Positions 49,891-61,495 are shown, numbered from the stretch's first letter. The stretch: DNA of 64,000 nucleotides from Desulfocapsaceae bacterium (GCA_033852035.1 JAWSVG010000003.1:4091-68090); one strand, 5' to 3'. Made by a program: numbers and translations. The notes: generated by a model not told the origin, from the letters alone.

Positions 49891-50012
49891 CAAGTAACAG
49901 AAAAAATGGAGTCCATGCGCAGGTGAGTTTCTGAAATGATTATGATAGATGCAACATCTTGGCTAGAAATGCCAAATCATTTTTTCTCGACGTTGCGTTT
50001 ACAAGATTTAGG

Positions 50013-50717
50013 TCACAATAATTTCCTCAGCGATGTATTGGTCAAGGAAATAAGCTGACGAAGATAGTCAACGATAACTCCACTATTCATTTTTGATTCA
50101 CCATAATCTCGGTCTCGAAATTCTATGGGAACTTCTTTCACCCGTAACGACAAACCGTACTCTGCCAGTACAGCCAGAGCGACTTTGAAGCCAGGTACCG
50201 AGCTGGTGAGTCCATTAAGACGAGAGCGCTTCAAAGCAAAGAATCCGGCTAAGGGGTCCTGCACCTCACAAAAGAACTTCGCCGGGAAGGTCGCAATCAA
50301 GGATGACAGCTTTCTGGAAAAAGGCCAATCCGGCATAGAAGCACCAGCGATATACCTGCTGCCAATAACCATGTCATGGGTCTCGTCAAAGAGGGGCTGT
50401 AGTAATTCGGGAATTTTCTCAGGAGGATGACTGAGATCAGCGTCCATAACAACAACAAATTCGGAAGTAGCATTAACCGCACCTATCAGCACAGCACCCG
50501 CCAAGCCGATATTTTTTTCGAGCCTCAAAAAATCAACAGGTTTCCGTTTTTTCCAGGCCGCAACCTTTTCACAGGTAGCATCAGAAGAAGCTGAGTCGAC
50601 GAAAAATACATCCAACTTCAGATTCCTGGATTTCCTCACCTCAAAAACACGGTTAAGAAGGATATCAATATTGTCCGCCTCGTTGAGCGTAGGTATGATA
50701 ACTGTAACTGTAGACAA
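50013..50717 (-). CDS. GT2 glycosyltransferase, polyprenol-phosphate mannosyltransferase-like
   Basis: IPTLNEADNI, VDSASSD, MDADLSHPP, IGSRY and GESKM. Confidence 0.88.
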   Translation of the reverse strand: MSTVTVIIPTLNEADNIDILLNRVFEVRKSRNLKLDVFFVDSASSDATCEKVAAWKKRKPVDFLRLEKNIGLAGAVLIGAVNATSEFVVVMDADLSHPPEKIPELLQPLFDETHDMVIGSRYIAGASMPDWPFSRKLSSLIATFPAKFFCEVQDPLAGFFALKRSRLNGLTSSVPGFKVALAVLAEYGLSLRVKEVPIEFRDRDYGESKMNSGVIVDYLRQLISLTNTSLRKLL

Positions 50718-50805
50718 AAAGCCCTCACTTAACGGTATCTATACCCGTTTTTTTAGTATCAGAATGTACATTGTCTTGCTTCTCCCAAAAATGTACAGGA
50801 CAGCA

Positions 50806-51522
50806 TCAACTGCTAATTCTCGCTAGGGTGAGTTCATGCATCGGTACAATTACAGAGCCCATTTCTTTCACTTTTTGTATTGACTCCCAGGCCGTCATTG
50901 CGTTGAGATGAACCCCTGGACACACTGCCGGACCATGGATCGGGAAATTTTCATTGTTGCAGCAAAAACCTGTTATAGTTGCAAGCCCTTCTCCGGTTTC
51001 AACATGGACACTCAGACACCCGGGGGTATGACCGGGAGAATGAGATACATATACTCCCGGTACGACTTCCTGACCATCTTCAAGAAAGATAAAATCCAAT
51101 CCCTCGATAAAATAATCATCATAACGATGATCAATGGGATGAGGTGATGCGCAAAACTTCACTTCAAATTTGTGTGCGTAAAATTTTGCCTTCTGAAATA
51201 AACTATTATTGCCGCAGTGATCATCATGAAGATGTGTGTTTATGACGATACCGACGTCCTGAAGGGTAAGTCCTACAGTAGACAAGCACTGCACCAACGA
51301 CGCCGGAACCAGTCCTGTCTCTTCTGTAAAGCCAGCGGGAACAATCAGTTCATTCTCATCAAGGCCCGTATCCACAAGAATATTAACCCCCTGTCCTTGG
51401 ATGAGGAAAGCCCAGATCGGCAGCCATATTCTTTTGCCATAGCCCTGTTGATACGTCATTATTCCCTGATCCGGATTCCGAACCCCTGTAAGCAAAGGTG
51501 TTATCGAGTAAGACATGCACAA
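50806..51522 (-). CDS. Metallo-beta-lactamase-fold hydrolase (AHL-lactonase-like)
   Basis: ILVDTG, THLHDDHCG, PGHTPG and PMHE. Confidence 0.82.
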   Translation of the reverse strand: MCMSYSITPLLTGVRNPDQGIMTYQQGYGKRIWLPIWAFLIQGQGVNILVDTGLDENELIVPAGFTEETGLVPASLVQCLSTVGLTLQDVGIVINTHLHDDHCGNNSLFQKAKFYAHKFEVKFCASPHPIDHRYDDYFIEGLDFIFLEDGQEVVPGVYVSHSPGHTPGCLSVHVETGEGLATITGFCCNNENFPIHGPAVCPGVHLNAMTAWESIQKVKEMGSVIVPMHELTLARISS

Positions 51523-51851
51523 CTCCCTTAAGTATCAATATTTCATAAAGATTGACCTATAACGATTTTTTGTAAAAAAACCTTCCATAGCAACCGTTTT
51601 TTCTTCAATTCACTGATAATTTTTTCATCGGTCGCGAGTCATTGCAGCACGAACTGTCTCCAATATTAATGCACAATGGCAATAATGCCAACTGCTAACC
51701 CGCTTGGCAGCCATCACTCCCCTATCCATTTATTTCGCAAAAACAAGCAATACCAGAACTTTTTCACACGAACACCAAGATAAGCCGAACATCGTTCTTG
51801 ACAACCACCAATACAAAGAATACATTCTCATAAACCCCAAAGGAGAGATGT

Positions 51852-52310
51852 ATGTTAGATACCATGAGTTTAGAAATACTGAGCATTCTGCAGGAAAAGG
51901 CCCGCATTCCAAACGTTGAGGTCTCCAGAAAGGTAGGACTTGCCCCTTCAGCCGTTCTTGAACGAATACGAAAATTGGAGAAGCAGGGTATTATTGACGG
52001 TTACGAAGTCCGCCTCAACCCACAACGTTTCAATTGCTCCCAGGTAGCCTTTATTCATGTGGCATCCACTGCCGCAGACAATCAAACGGTAGGTGAACAA
52101 CTCTCATCCATCCCCGAAGTCCAGGAGGTTCACTTTGTTTCAGGGAATGATTGCTACCTTATCAAGGTGAGGAGTTCGGACACAACAGCCCTGGCCAAAC
52201 TCCTGCAGAATAAAATTTCTACTATTCCCGGTGTCCTCTCGACCAAAACTGAAACGGTCCTGTCAACAATGAAAGAAACCAGTCGCATACCCATTTCTAC
52301 GTCTGTTTAA
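51852..52310 (+). CDS. Lrp/AsnC family transcriptional regulator
   Basis: ILSILQEKARI..VGLAPSAVLERIRKLE HTH; VSGNDCYLIKV. Confidence 0.92.
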   Translation: MLDTMSLEILSILQEKARIPNVEVSRKVGLAPSAVLERIRKLEKQGIIDGYEVRLNPQRFNCSQVAFIHVASTAADNQTVGEQLSSIPEVQEVHFVSGNDCYLIKVRSSDTTALAKLLQNKISTIPGVLSTKTETVLSTMKETSRIPISTSV

Positions 52311-52402
52311 ACGCAACAATATTTCAATTCTACATTGAAGCGTGTAAGCAAATACTTCGGATGGCGAGTGTATGCGACCTCATCACTATAAGGAACATTA
52401 TT

Positions 52403-53665
52403 ATGCCAATGTCAAAAAACTATAAAAATCGACTCTTCCCACACCTCGATCAACTTTCAGATTATTATGGTACACCTTTTCATATCTACGATGAAACTGG
52501 AATACGGCAGACTTGCCAGGAACTTAAAGAGGCTTTCTCCGGGATAGCATCCTTCAGAGAATATTATGCAGTTAAAGCACTTCCGAACCCTACCATCCTT
52601 TCGATAATGAAAGACATGGGGTTCGGTTTTGACTGTAGCTCCGTCGCTGAACTCCTTCTCAGCCGTAAGGTCGGCGGCCGGGGTGATGATATTATGTACA
52701 CCTCAAACAACACCAGCAATGATGAGTTCGCTGCAGCAGCCGACGATGGAGGGTGTATCCTTAACCTTGATGATATCAGCCTTATCCCAAAAGTACCAAA
52801 CATGCCTGAATTAATATGCTTTCGATACAATCCAGGTTCCAGAAGGACGGGAAATGATATCATCGGCAACCCGATTGAGGCGAAATATGGGATAAGCCAC
52901 GACCAGATCATTGAGGCATACAGCAGGGCAAGAGCAAGAGGAGCAAAACGCTTCGGTATCCACACAATGCTCGCTTCAAATGAACTCAATTATGAGTATA
53001 TGGTACAGACGACCCGGATGTTACTTGAACTTATAACCGAAATATCAAATGAACTTGACATAACTTTCGATTTCATTAACATTGGCGGCGGCCTCGGTAT
53101 TCCGTATCATCCGGACATTCAGGGATTGGATCTGCCGGCAATGGGCAAAGAAATTACATCTCTTTTTAAAGAGTTTGCAGCACAACAGGGATATGAACCA
53201 GCTCTCTATATGGAAAGCGGTAGGTTTATAACAGGTCCCCACGGTGTCTTGATCACATCAGCTATAAACAGTAAGAGTATTTACAGAAATTATGTCGGTG
53301 TCGATGCCTCAATGAGTGCACTGATGAGGCCAGCCATGTATGGTGCATATCATCATATCGATGTCCTCGGTAAAGAGAAGAGTTTACAAAATGAGGTCGT
53401 CGACGTGGTGGGCTCTCTCTGTGAAAACAATGACAAGTTTGCAATACAACGCGAGTTACCCAAAATACAAGACGGTGACACCATCATTATCCATGACACA
53501 GGTGCCCACGGCAGTGCCATGGGTTTTAATTACAACGGGAATTTACGACCGAAAGAGTTACTGCTCAAATCAGATGGAAGTGTTTCTCTGATCCGGCGTG
53601 CTGAAGAAGTTAAAGACTATTTTGCTACTCTGGATTACGAGACCAACGACCTGACAATATCGTGA
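52403..53665 (+). CDS. lysA: Diaminopimelate decarboxylase
   Basis: YYAVKALPN (PLP Lys), FDCSS, IGGGLG, ESGRF, GSLCENND and HGSAMGFNYNG. RBS AAGGA precedes ATG 52403. Confidence 0.93.
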   Translation: MPMSKNYKNRLFPHLDQLSDYYGTPFHIYDETGIRQTCQELKEAFSGIASFREYYAVKALPNPTILSIMKDMGFGFDCSSVAELLLSRKVGGRGDDIMYTSNNTSNDEFAAAADDGGCILNLDDISLIPKVPNMPELICFRYNPGSRRTGNDIIGNPIEAKYGISHDQIIEAYSRARARGAKRFGIHTMLASNELNYEYMVQTTRMLLELITEISNELDITFDFINIGGGLGIPYHPDIQGLDLPAMGKEITSLFKEFAAQQGYEPALYMESGRFITGPHGVLITSAINSKSIYRNYVGVDASMSALMRPAMYGAYHHIDVLGKEKSLQNEVVDVVGSLCENNDKFAIQRELPKIQDGDTIIIHDTGAHGSAMGFNYNGNLRPKELLLKSDGSVSLIRRAEEVKDYFATLDYETNDLTIS

Positions 53666-53738
53666 CATATTAAGAATATGCATGTCGCCACCAACTCTTA
53701 TCTGGAGAGAGTGAGGCCGCTATATGCAGACATTTGAA

Positions 53739-53901
53739 CTAGGAGGTTGTCCGAGAATAGAAACTTCGCCGCAGATCTAGGCATGTTGGGAAAATAAGCA
53801 CAGCCATATAATGGCTATCGAAGTCTACGCTATCTGCAAGCATTATTTTTTTGACATAACGAAGAAATGTGGCGAAAGGGCATTCTCGGACAGGCTCCTA
53901 A
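53739..53901. mobile_element. MITE-like element, family A, copy 2
   Basis: Terminal inverted repeats CTAGGAGGTTGTCCGAGAAT / ATTCTCGGACAGGCTCCTAA; internal AAAATAAGCACAGCCATAT and AGCATTATTTTT shared with copy 1. Confidence 0.78.
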
Positions 53902-53904
53902 GTT

Positions 53905-55386
53905 ATGGCGACCTGCCCGACATCTTCATTGCAAAGAGCAACTATGACTATAGACATTGACAGTTTTCTTGATACCGTTGCAATAGCAATTCGTGATAAA
54001 AAAGTGCCTGTAGTAGATTTGATCGCCGTTCAGACCAAAGACCCATTCAAGGTTCTGGTGGCAACAATTCTTTCTGCCAGGACAAAGGACGAGACAACTG
54101 CAGTTGCCTCGGCGCGACTTTTTAAACAGGCCCCCGATATCCACTCGCTTGCATTGGTGCCCGAAGAGAAAATTGCCAAACTCATCTACCCCGTTGGCTT
54201 TTACAAAACAAAGGCAAAACACCTGACAAAGCTACCAATAGCAATGGAACGATATTGTGGTATTGTTCCTGAGACAATTGAGGAACTGCTCACTCTGCCA
54301 GGTGTTGGCCGTAAAACTGCCAACCTGGTGCTCGCTGTCGCCTTCCAAAAACCGGCTATTTGCGTTGATACCCATGTTCACCGGATTGCGAACATCTGGC
54401 AGTATGTAGAGACTGACACGCCACTGAAAACAGAAATGGCCCTGCGCAAAATACTACCGCAGAAACACTGGATTACTGTAAATTCGATTCTCGTTGCATT
54501 TGGTCAGTCTATATGCCGCCCTGTCAGTCCACATTGCGACGTCTGCCCTTTGGAGGCTGACTGTCCTCAAATGGGCGTACGCCCAAGAAAAACTAAGAAC
54601 AATACAACCAGCAGCTCTGACCTGACGTTTATATCGTGGAATGTAAATGGCATAAGAGCACTTGAAAAAAAAGGGTTTATCGACCTGCTACCTACTTTGG
54701 GCGTCGATGTCATAGGTATCCAGGAGACCAAGGCTCAACCGGACCAACTCTCTGACAAACTAAAAAATATCCCTGGTTACACATCATATTGGCATAGTGC
54801 AGAACGAAAGGGCTATTCAGGCGTAGCGTTTTATACGCGTATCGAGCCTCTCTCTGTTCAATACGGTATCGACACCCCTGAGTTTGACTGTGAGGGCCGG
54901 GTACTGACCCTTGAGTTTGACAGCTACTACCTGCTGACAATTTATTTCCCCAACAGTGGGAGTGAGCTCAAACGGATGGACTACAAACTGCGATTCAACA
55001 ATACCTTAACAACCTACGTCAAAAAGCTCGAGTTAGAAAAGGATGTCATACTGTGTGGCGATTTTAATGTTGCACACAAGGAAATTGACTTAAAAAACCC
55101 AAAAACCAATACTAAAAATGCAGGGTTCACGCCAGAAGAACGCGCCTGGATGGACAGTTTCATCGACGCAGGTTTTGTTGACACCTTCAGGATGTTTAAT
55201 CAAGATCCGGAACAGTACAGCTGGTGGAGTTACCGATTTAGCGCCCGTTCAAAAAACGTAGGCTGGCGTATTGATTATTTCTGTGTCAACGAAGCTGCTG
55301 TAAAAAAAGTGAAGGGCGCCATCATTATGCAAGAGGTCATGGGGTCGGATCACTGCCCGGTTGCACTTGTCTATAATCCGAGTTGA
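53905..55386 (+). CDS. nth-xth: Endonuclease III (Nth) - exodeoxyribonuclease III (Xth) fusion
   Basis: LPGVGRKTANLV, VDTHV and Cx6Cx2Cx5C, then SWNVNG, QETK, GDFN, WRIDY and SDHCP in one frame. The start may be ATG 53944. Confidence 0.92.
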   Translation: MATCPTSSLQRATMTIDIDSFLDTVAIAIRDKKVPVVDLIAVQTKDPFKVLVATILSARTKDETTAVASARLFKQAPDIHSLALVPEEKIAKLIYPVGFYKTKAKHLTKLPIAMERYCGIVPETIEELLTLPGVGRKTANLVLAVAFQKPAICVDTHVHRIANIWQYVETDTPLKTEMALRKILPQKHWITVNSILVAFGQSICRPVSPHCDVCPLEADCPQMGVRPRKTKNNTTSSSDLTFISWNVNGIRALEKKGFIDLLPTLGVDVIGIQETKAQPDQLSDKLKNIPGYTSYWHSAERKGYSGVAFYTRIEPLSVQYGIDTPEFDCEGRVLTLEFDSYYLLTIYFPNSGSELKRMDYKLRFNNTLTTYVKKLELEKDVILCGDFNVAHKEIDLKNPKTNTKNAGFTPEERAWMDSFIDAGFVDTFRMFNQDPEQYSWWSYRFSARSKNVGWRIDYFCVNEAAVKKVKGAIIMQEVMGSDHCPVALVYNPS

Positions 55387-55402
55387 TCTCTTTGATCGAA
55401 AC

Positions 55403-56515
55403 TTACATGAAAAAACCAGGATCGCTGGCCTTAAGATACTCCAACACCTTTCTTGGCCCGGCCGGAAAAGCAAAACTCTGGAGTTGACCGGGGTAGACCC
55501 ATCTATATTTTTGACCAGCAGTGAGTGCAACTTCTGCCTGTTCACCTTGCAGCGAACATAAATAGCAATACAAGGTTATTTTGTGGTGGGTGTATTGGTG
55601 GATGACGGTAGTTATTTCTTCCTTGACTTCAACTGGTAGCCCGGTTTGCAGCAGGATACTTTTCGCGAGGGAACCACTTGGCTCCCCAGCCACGAGGACA
55701 CCACCAGGAAATTCCCAAAGCCCTCCCCACACGTCCGTTGCCTTTCTCTGCTGGATATATACTTTCTCATCCCAGAGAATGATCCCCGCAACGTTCTGCT
55801 GACTCACTGTTTTCCTGCCCTTTAATACAACAGGTCGCTTATGGGTGGTACCTGCCTGCAGAGCTCCACAAGCGAAAGCAATTGGACACAAAAGACAATC
55901 AGGTGATTTGGGTGTACATACCAGACCACCTAAATCCATCAAGGCCTGATTATACAACCTGGCCTTTCCAGACGGTAGGATTTCAGTTGCCAGCGCATGA
56001 ATGCGCTGTTGCACCTGCTTACTCTTGACAGGTTCACTAATATCAAACAATCTGGCAAACACTCTGTTCACATTGGCATCGACGACAGGAATGTCATTGT
56101 TGCCGGCAACACTCGCCACAGCTGCTGCTGTATATGGGCCAACCCCTGGAAGCGTGAGTAAATTGACATACTCACACGGTACTTCTCCTGCGTAATCGTC
56201 AACTATTTGCTTTGCGGCCTTATGGAGATTTCTTGCCCTGCTGTAATACCCCAACCCTTCCCAATATTTAAGAATTTCATTCTCAGCTGCATTGGCAACA
56301 CTATGCACATCCGGAAAACGACCTATCCAGCGATGAAAGTAGGCAACTCCTCTGGCCATCTGGGTCTGCTGAAGCATGATTTCAGATATCCAAACATGGT
56401 AGGGATCATAAGTACGCCTCCAGGGGAGTTCACGGTTGGTCTTTTTAAACCATTGAAGGAGTGGCTCAACAAAATCGGCAATGTCTGACTCTGAAATTAG
56501 ATCTTTAACGGCCAT
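55403..56515 (-). CDS. mutY: A/G-specific adenine glycosylase
   Basis: LPWRRT, VWISEIMLQQTQ, GLGYYSRARNL, LPGVGPYTA, VDANV, an Fe-S Cys cluster and a C-terminal NUDIX-like domain. The ATG overlaps the azlD stop. Confidence 0.93.
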   Translation of the reverse strand: MAVKDLISESDIADFVEPLLQWFKKTNRELPWRRTYDPYHVWISEIMLQQTQMARGVAYFHRWIGRFPDVHSVANAAENEILKYWEGLGYYSRARNLHKAAKQIVDDYAGEVPCEYVNLLTLPGVGPYTAAAVASVAGNNDIPVVDANVNRVFARLFDISEPVKSKQVQQRIHALATEILPSGKARLYNQALMDLGGLVCTPKSPDCLLCPIAFACGALQAGTTHKRPVVLKGRKTVSQQNVAGIILWDEKVYIQQRKATDVWGGLWEFPGGVLVAGEPSGSLAKSILLQTGLPVEVKEEITTVIHQYTHHKITLYCYLCSLQGEQAEVALTAGQKYRWVYPGQLQSFAFPAGPRKVLEYLKASDPGFFM

Positions 56516-56847
56516 TACATTCCCAAGCCCATGTATCTGCCAAAGGCGACCAGCCCCATACCAACCACAACTGTTGCAGAAAGGCTTTTCCACTTCCAGG
56601 CTACAGGAAATGCAATGAAAGCAACCCACAGGAAAAGATTGCTGAAACCGAAATCTATGCCATCGTCCCGTACTAGAAGTGAAGGGAGCAGCATGGCTGC
56701 CAACACAGCCGGTGGTATAAGCCGTAGCCATGAAATGATGAGGGGATGGAGGGTCCTTCCTGTCAGGAAGAGACTCGGCAAAAGTCGGGGCAGATATGTG
56801 ACAATACCCATACCAACCATTGTCCAGAAAATCAGCGTTTGGTCCAT
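56515..56847 (-). CDS. azlD: AzlD-family branched-chain amino acid exporter subunit
   Basis: MGIVTYLPRLLP and PPAVLAAM; start ATG 56847. Confidence 0.88.
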   Translation of the reverse strand: MDQTLIFWTMVGMGIVTYLPRLLPSLFLTGRTLHPLIISWLRLIPPAVLAAMLLPSLLVRDDGIDFGFSNLFLWVAFIAFPVAWKWKSLSATVVVGMGLVAFGRYMGLGM

Positions 56848-57533
56848 AATTCTATTCCCAGACCCACTGTCGCACCAAGAATGGTAGCCGCAATAATATG
56901 AAACTGATGCCAGCCAGCCAGATAAAGGAGTGTGGCAATCCCCCCCGAAATAATCGCCGTAATCAGCCGAATGGAGTTTTGGCACTGGCCTACCAGAAGA
57001 CCAATAAACATTGCGGCTAAAGCATAATCCAGCCCCAGAGGTTTTACATCTCCTATTAATCCCGAAGCAACGATCCCCAAAGCTGTACCGGTGACCCAGG
57101 AAGCCTGAGCAGTTACATTCAGAGAAAGAGCCTCAAGTTTGCATTCATTAAGACTTGAGGCAGAAGCGGAGTGCAGGGCAAAAGTTTCATCAGTGAGTTG
57201 ATATGAAAAAAACGCCAGGTGCCATTTCTTCCAATTGGAAAAATACGGAGTCAAAGCTGCAGCCATCAACATATGTCGCAAATTAACCACAAATGTTGTC
57301 AGGATGACTGCAGCTGGGCCTGTACCACTTGCGAACAAACCCACTGCAATAAACTGTGAGGAACCAGCAAAAACAATCAGAGACATCAAAAACGTATTGG
57401 TTTCAGAGAGACCGCTCTTTCCAGCCAAAACACCATAAGCAAAGCCGATGGGAATATAGCCCAATACAATAGGCAAAGCCCTTTTTGCTCCTTGCAGGCA
57501 GGCTGCAACAGGTCTTTCTTTTTTCGTACTCAT
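56832..57533 (-). CDS. azlC: AzlC-family exporter permease
   Basis: VFAGSSQF, VNLRHMLM and LTDETFA. Confidence 0.92.
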   Translation of the reverse strand: MSTKKERPVAACLQGAKRALPIVLGYIPIGFAYGVLAGKSGLSETNTFLMSLIVFAGSSQFIAVGLFASGTGPAAVILTTFVVNLRHMLMAAALTPYFSNWKKWHLAFFSYQLTDETFALHSASASSLNECKLEALSLNVTAQASWVTGTALGIVASGLIGDVKPLGLDYALAAMFIGLLVGQCQNSIRLITAIISGGIATLLYLAGWHQFHIIAATILGATVGLGIELWTKR

Positions 57534-57615
57534 TGTGGCATCGCTGCAATTGGTGAATTAGTGGAACAAAATATAACGCAAGGCAAGGTAACTCTCTCCT
57601 TGTCTTGCCTGCTCA

Positions 57616-58701
<1,086 letters not shown>

Positions 58702-59109
58702 TCAGAAAAAAATAAGACGCAACAACTGAATAGCGCGCCAACAAAACATTGATTCCCGCCTAACCCCTATAGACGGGAAATAAGTCGGGATAAGTACCTT
58801 CACAAAATTATTTCGAAGTCTACGCTTATCTCTACCACAAAAACGCAGAGAATAATTTATAAGGTACTAAAACGAAAACCCTTTATTCTTCGGATGGATT
58901 ACGAAAAACTGACCCTCCCCCAAAAGAGCAGATAAAAGAGACATTTTATCGGTGAGGACAGTAAATCCTTTTCGCCCCAAAGTATATCCCTTACCCATTT
59001 TTTTTACACTGATTATATTGTCATTTACGGGTAATGTACTACTAACAGAACAATTTCATATGAGATGAAATAAAGATCAACTTTGCATCGAAAGAATCAG
59101 GAAGTATAC

Positions 59110-60420
59110 ATGTCCGTATTCAACAAAGACAGTGTTTTTACATCACTACAACAGCAGGGTCCCCTCGCAGTTGGAGATACTATTAATATTTCGCAGCCTT
59201 TCTCTCCCGCCAGTAGACAGTGGGTAAAAGACCTTTGTCGGAAAAGGGTCAGTGCCACAAAGTACAGAGCACTGCGCAGTCAGATTTTTGAATTCCTCAA
59301 TGTTTCAAGTTTTGCCGAACTGGCAAAACTGCTCGAACATCCGCATAATCAGGAACAGAGAAGCCAAAGGGCTTGTGCGCTGCTGGGCAATATGTTTGGC
59401 CTGAACGGCACCCCGAGAGAAATTGAAGCACGGGTTCATGAGTACGCCCGAACGGCAGACGCTGTAGTCAATTCAATAAAGGCCAAAATATTAAAACCTT
59501 ACGCATCATATATCGCCACGACCAATGAAATTGAAGTTGCGACTGACCCAGTAGACCTTTTGCTTGTTATGTTCAATGATCGCTATCATAAAAAAGCGAG
59601 ATTTGAAGCAAGGCGTAAATTGGTACTAATGAGTCTTGCAGGCAGTATTGACCAACGGGAGCGGGAAACAGGCATTGAAGATAAATTTCTAAACTTCCTT
59701 CATTTCCTTAATGATTATGTGTGGAGCAGGAATCAGAAAATCGGTCAACACGATGTGGTGTATCTGCACTCAATCCATTCTGAAGCGGATTTCAGCTGTT
59801 CCAGTGTTGAGAGCATCTCCAGCCAGAAAGCGAATGACATTATCCTGAAAAAAGGAGAAAAACTGACCCTATTGAAACGCAGGCGCTTTACAGTAGGTAC
59901 CAGGGATATTCCCATCTATGTTTCTATCAGAAAAAAACCACAAGACGCCAAGGTGCTAAAACTGTTGAGAAAAAACGAGAAGAACCCAGCTGTTGCAGTA
60001 GATGACGAACTCGGTCTCATGGCAGTCCTTGATTCGGTTGCCGACATAAAGACCTTTCAAAACCACTTAACTCGTAGTGCCTCAAAGGCTGACAGCTTAA
60101 TGGTTCTGGAAGACATCTCCGACACCTTAAGCGGTACTGCGAGCTACAAAGCAACTGCCACCGGTTCCAGCTCGAAGACAGAAATGATGAAATTTTTTGC
60201 ACGGCTTGGAGGAATGCGTGTTGAGTTTATTATTCACACCAATCGATCATGGCTGAATTATATGTTCCAAAGAGATGTCTCACACGATGAGTATGAGGTA
60301 AAACGAATATTTGACTCGGGGGTAGTCGAATTATTGTTCCCAAAAGATATTTTTGATTTGGACCATGATCAGATTCGTAACAATATGATTAGTCAGTTCA
60401 GGAAAACAATTGAGGGGTAG
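59110..60420 (+). CDS. Uncharacterised protein with a divergent RelA/SpoT-like nucleotidyltransferase C-terminal domain
   Basis: The ORF is certain. The order IRKK..K..DDELG..VEFIIHT..SHDEY mirrors the Rel synthetase motifs RxK..K..DxxG..ExQxRT..AHxxY. Confidence 0.65.
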   Translation: MSVFNKDSVFTSLQQQGPLAVGDTINISQPFSPASRQWVKDLCRKRVSATKYRALRSQIFEFLNVSSFAELAKLLEHPHNQEQRSQRACALLGNMFGLNGTPREIEARVHEYARTADAVVNSIKAKILKPYASYIATTNEIEVATDPVDLLLVMFNDRYHKKARFEARRKLVLMSLAGSIDQRERETGIEDKFLNFLHFLNDYVWSRNQKIGQHDVVYLHSIHSEADFSCSSVESISSQKANDIILKKGEKLTLLKRRRFTVGTRDIPIYVSIRKKPQDAKVLKLLRKNEKNPAVAVDDELGLMAVLDSVADIKTFQNHLTRSASKADSLMVLEDISDTLSGTASYKATATGSSSKTEMMKFFARLGGMRVEFIIHTNRSWLNYMFQRDVSHDEYEVKRIFDSGVVELLFPKDIFDLDHDQIRNNMISQFRKTIEG

Positions 60421-60442
60421 GCAGAGAGCAAAGACTCTCGCC

Positions 60443-61495
60443 TCAATTACGGTAAGAACTATAGGCGTTTTCTAAACCTTCACGAAAGCTGAACTTTGGC
60501 TTCCAGCCCAAGCTATTTATCCGTGTAGTATCCATAAGTTTTCGTGGAGTTCCATCTGGCTGTTCTGGATTGTATACAGTCTCTCCACGAAAACCAACCA
60601 ACTCTCCTATCATTTCCGCCGTAGCCTTGATCGTGATATCCTCACCAGTTCCAACATTGAGAAATGACGGATTTTCTCCTATAAAACTGTCTTGCTCAAG
60701 ATTCATTACATGAATACAGGCAGATGCCATGTCATCTACATGAAGAAATTCCCGTCGCGGCGAACCACTTCCCCACAACACTACTTGAGGTACTGTCGAC
60801 GCAAGGAGTTCATTAGATTCATTGTTGTACCCAATGGCCTGCCTGATTTCAGTAGGGATCTTTCCATACTTCTGTTCATCTAACCAAATAGCTTCAATAT
60901 CTCCTGCTACTGCAAGTTTTGCCAGGTGGTATTTTCGGATCATAGCCGGAATGACATGGCTGTTTTCAAGATGATAATTATCACCGGGCCCAAACAGGTT
61001 TGTTGGCATAACGGAGCGATAAGAGGTTCCGTGCTGACGATTGTACGATTCGCACATTTTGATACCGGCAATTTTGGCCACTGCATATGGTTCATTTGTA
61101 GGCTCGAGCACGCCAGTGAGAAGGTGTTCTTCCTGCATGGGTTGTGGTGCTATTTTGGGATAAATGCAAGAGCTGCCAAGGAACAGGAGATCGTTCACCC
61201 CGGCCTCAAACGCCTCATGAATTACATTGGCCTGAATCATTAGGTTACTGTAGATAAACTCAGCGGGGTAGGTATTATTGGCGTGGATACCACCTACCCT
61301 GGCCGCAGCGAGAATCACCCTGTCCACCTGCTCAGTCCGGAAAAATTCGCGCACCGATTCCTGACTGACCAGATCAAGCAGTCCATGTCCCCGGGTAATA
61401 ATATTATGACAACCTTGAGCCTGCAATTGCCTTACAATTGCTGAACCGACCATTCCCCGATGACCGGCAACAAATATATTTTCAGCCACGTTCAT
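60443..61495 (-). CDS. fcl: GDP-L-fucose synthase
   Basis: [40 protein letters not shown] and DGTPRK. Confidence 0.95.
   Translation of the reverse strand: MNVAENIFVAGHRGMVGSAIVRQLQAQGCHNIITRGHGLLDLVSQESVREFFRTEQVDRVILAAARVGGIHANNTYPAEFIYSNLMIQANVIHEAFEAGVNDLLFLGSSCIYPKIAPQPMQEEHLLTGVLEPTNEPYAVAKIAGIKMCESYNRQHGTSYRSVMPTNLFGPGDNYHLENSHVIPAMIRKYHLAKLAVAGDIEAIWLDEQKYGKIPTEIRQAIGYNNESNELLASTVPQVVLWGSGSPRREFLHVDDMASACIHVMNLEQDSFIGENPSFLNVGTGEDITIKATAEMIGELVGFRGETVYNPEQPDGTPRKLMDTTRINSLGWKPKFSFREGLENAYSSYRN

Noticed and set aside
56516-56731. N-terminal extension of mutY
   Set aside because: It overlaps azlD in another frame; MutY homology starts after ATG 56515.
60780-60940. Insertion of about 35 aa in GDP-fucose synthase
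   Set aside because: Similar variable insertions occur at this position in many Fcl proteins, and there are no intein motifs.
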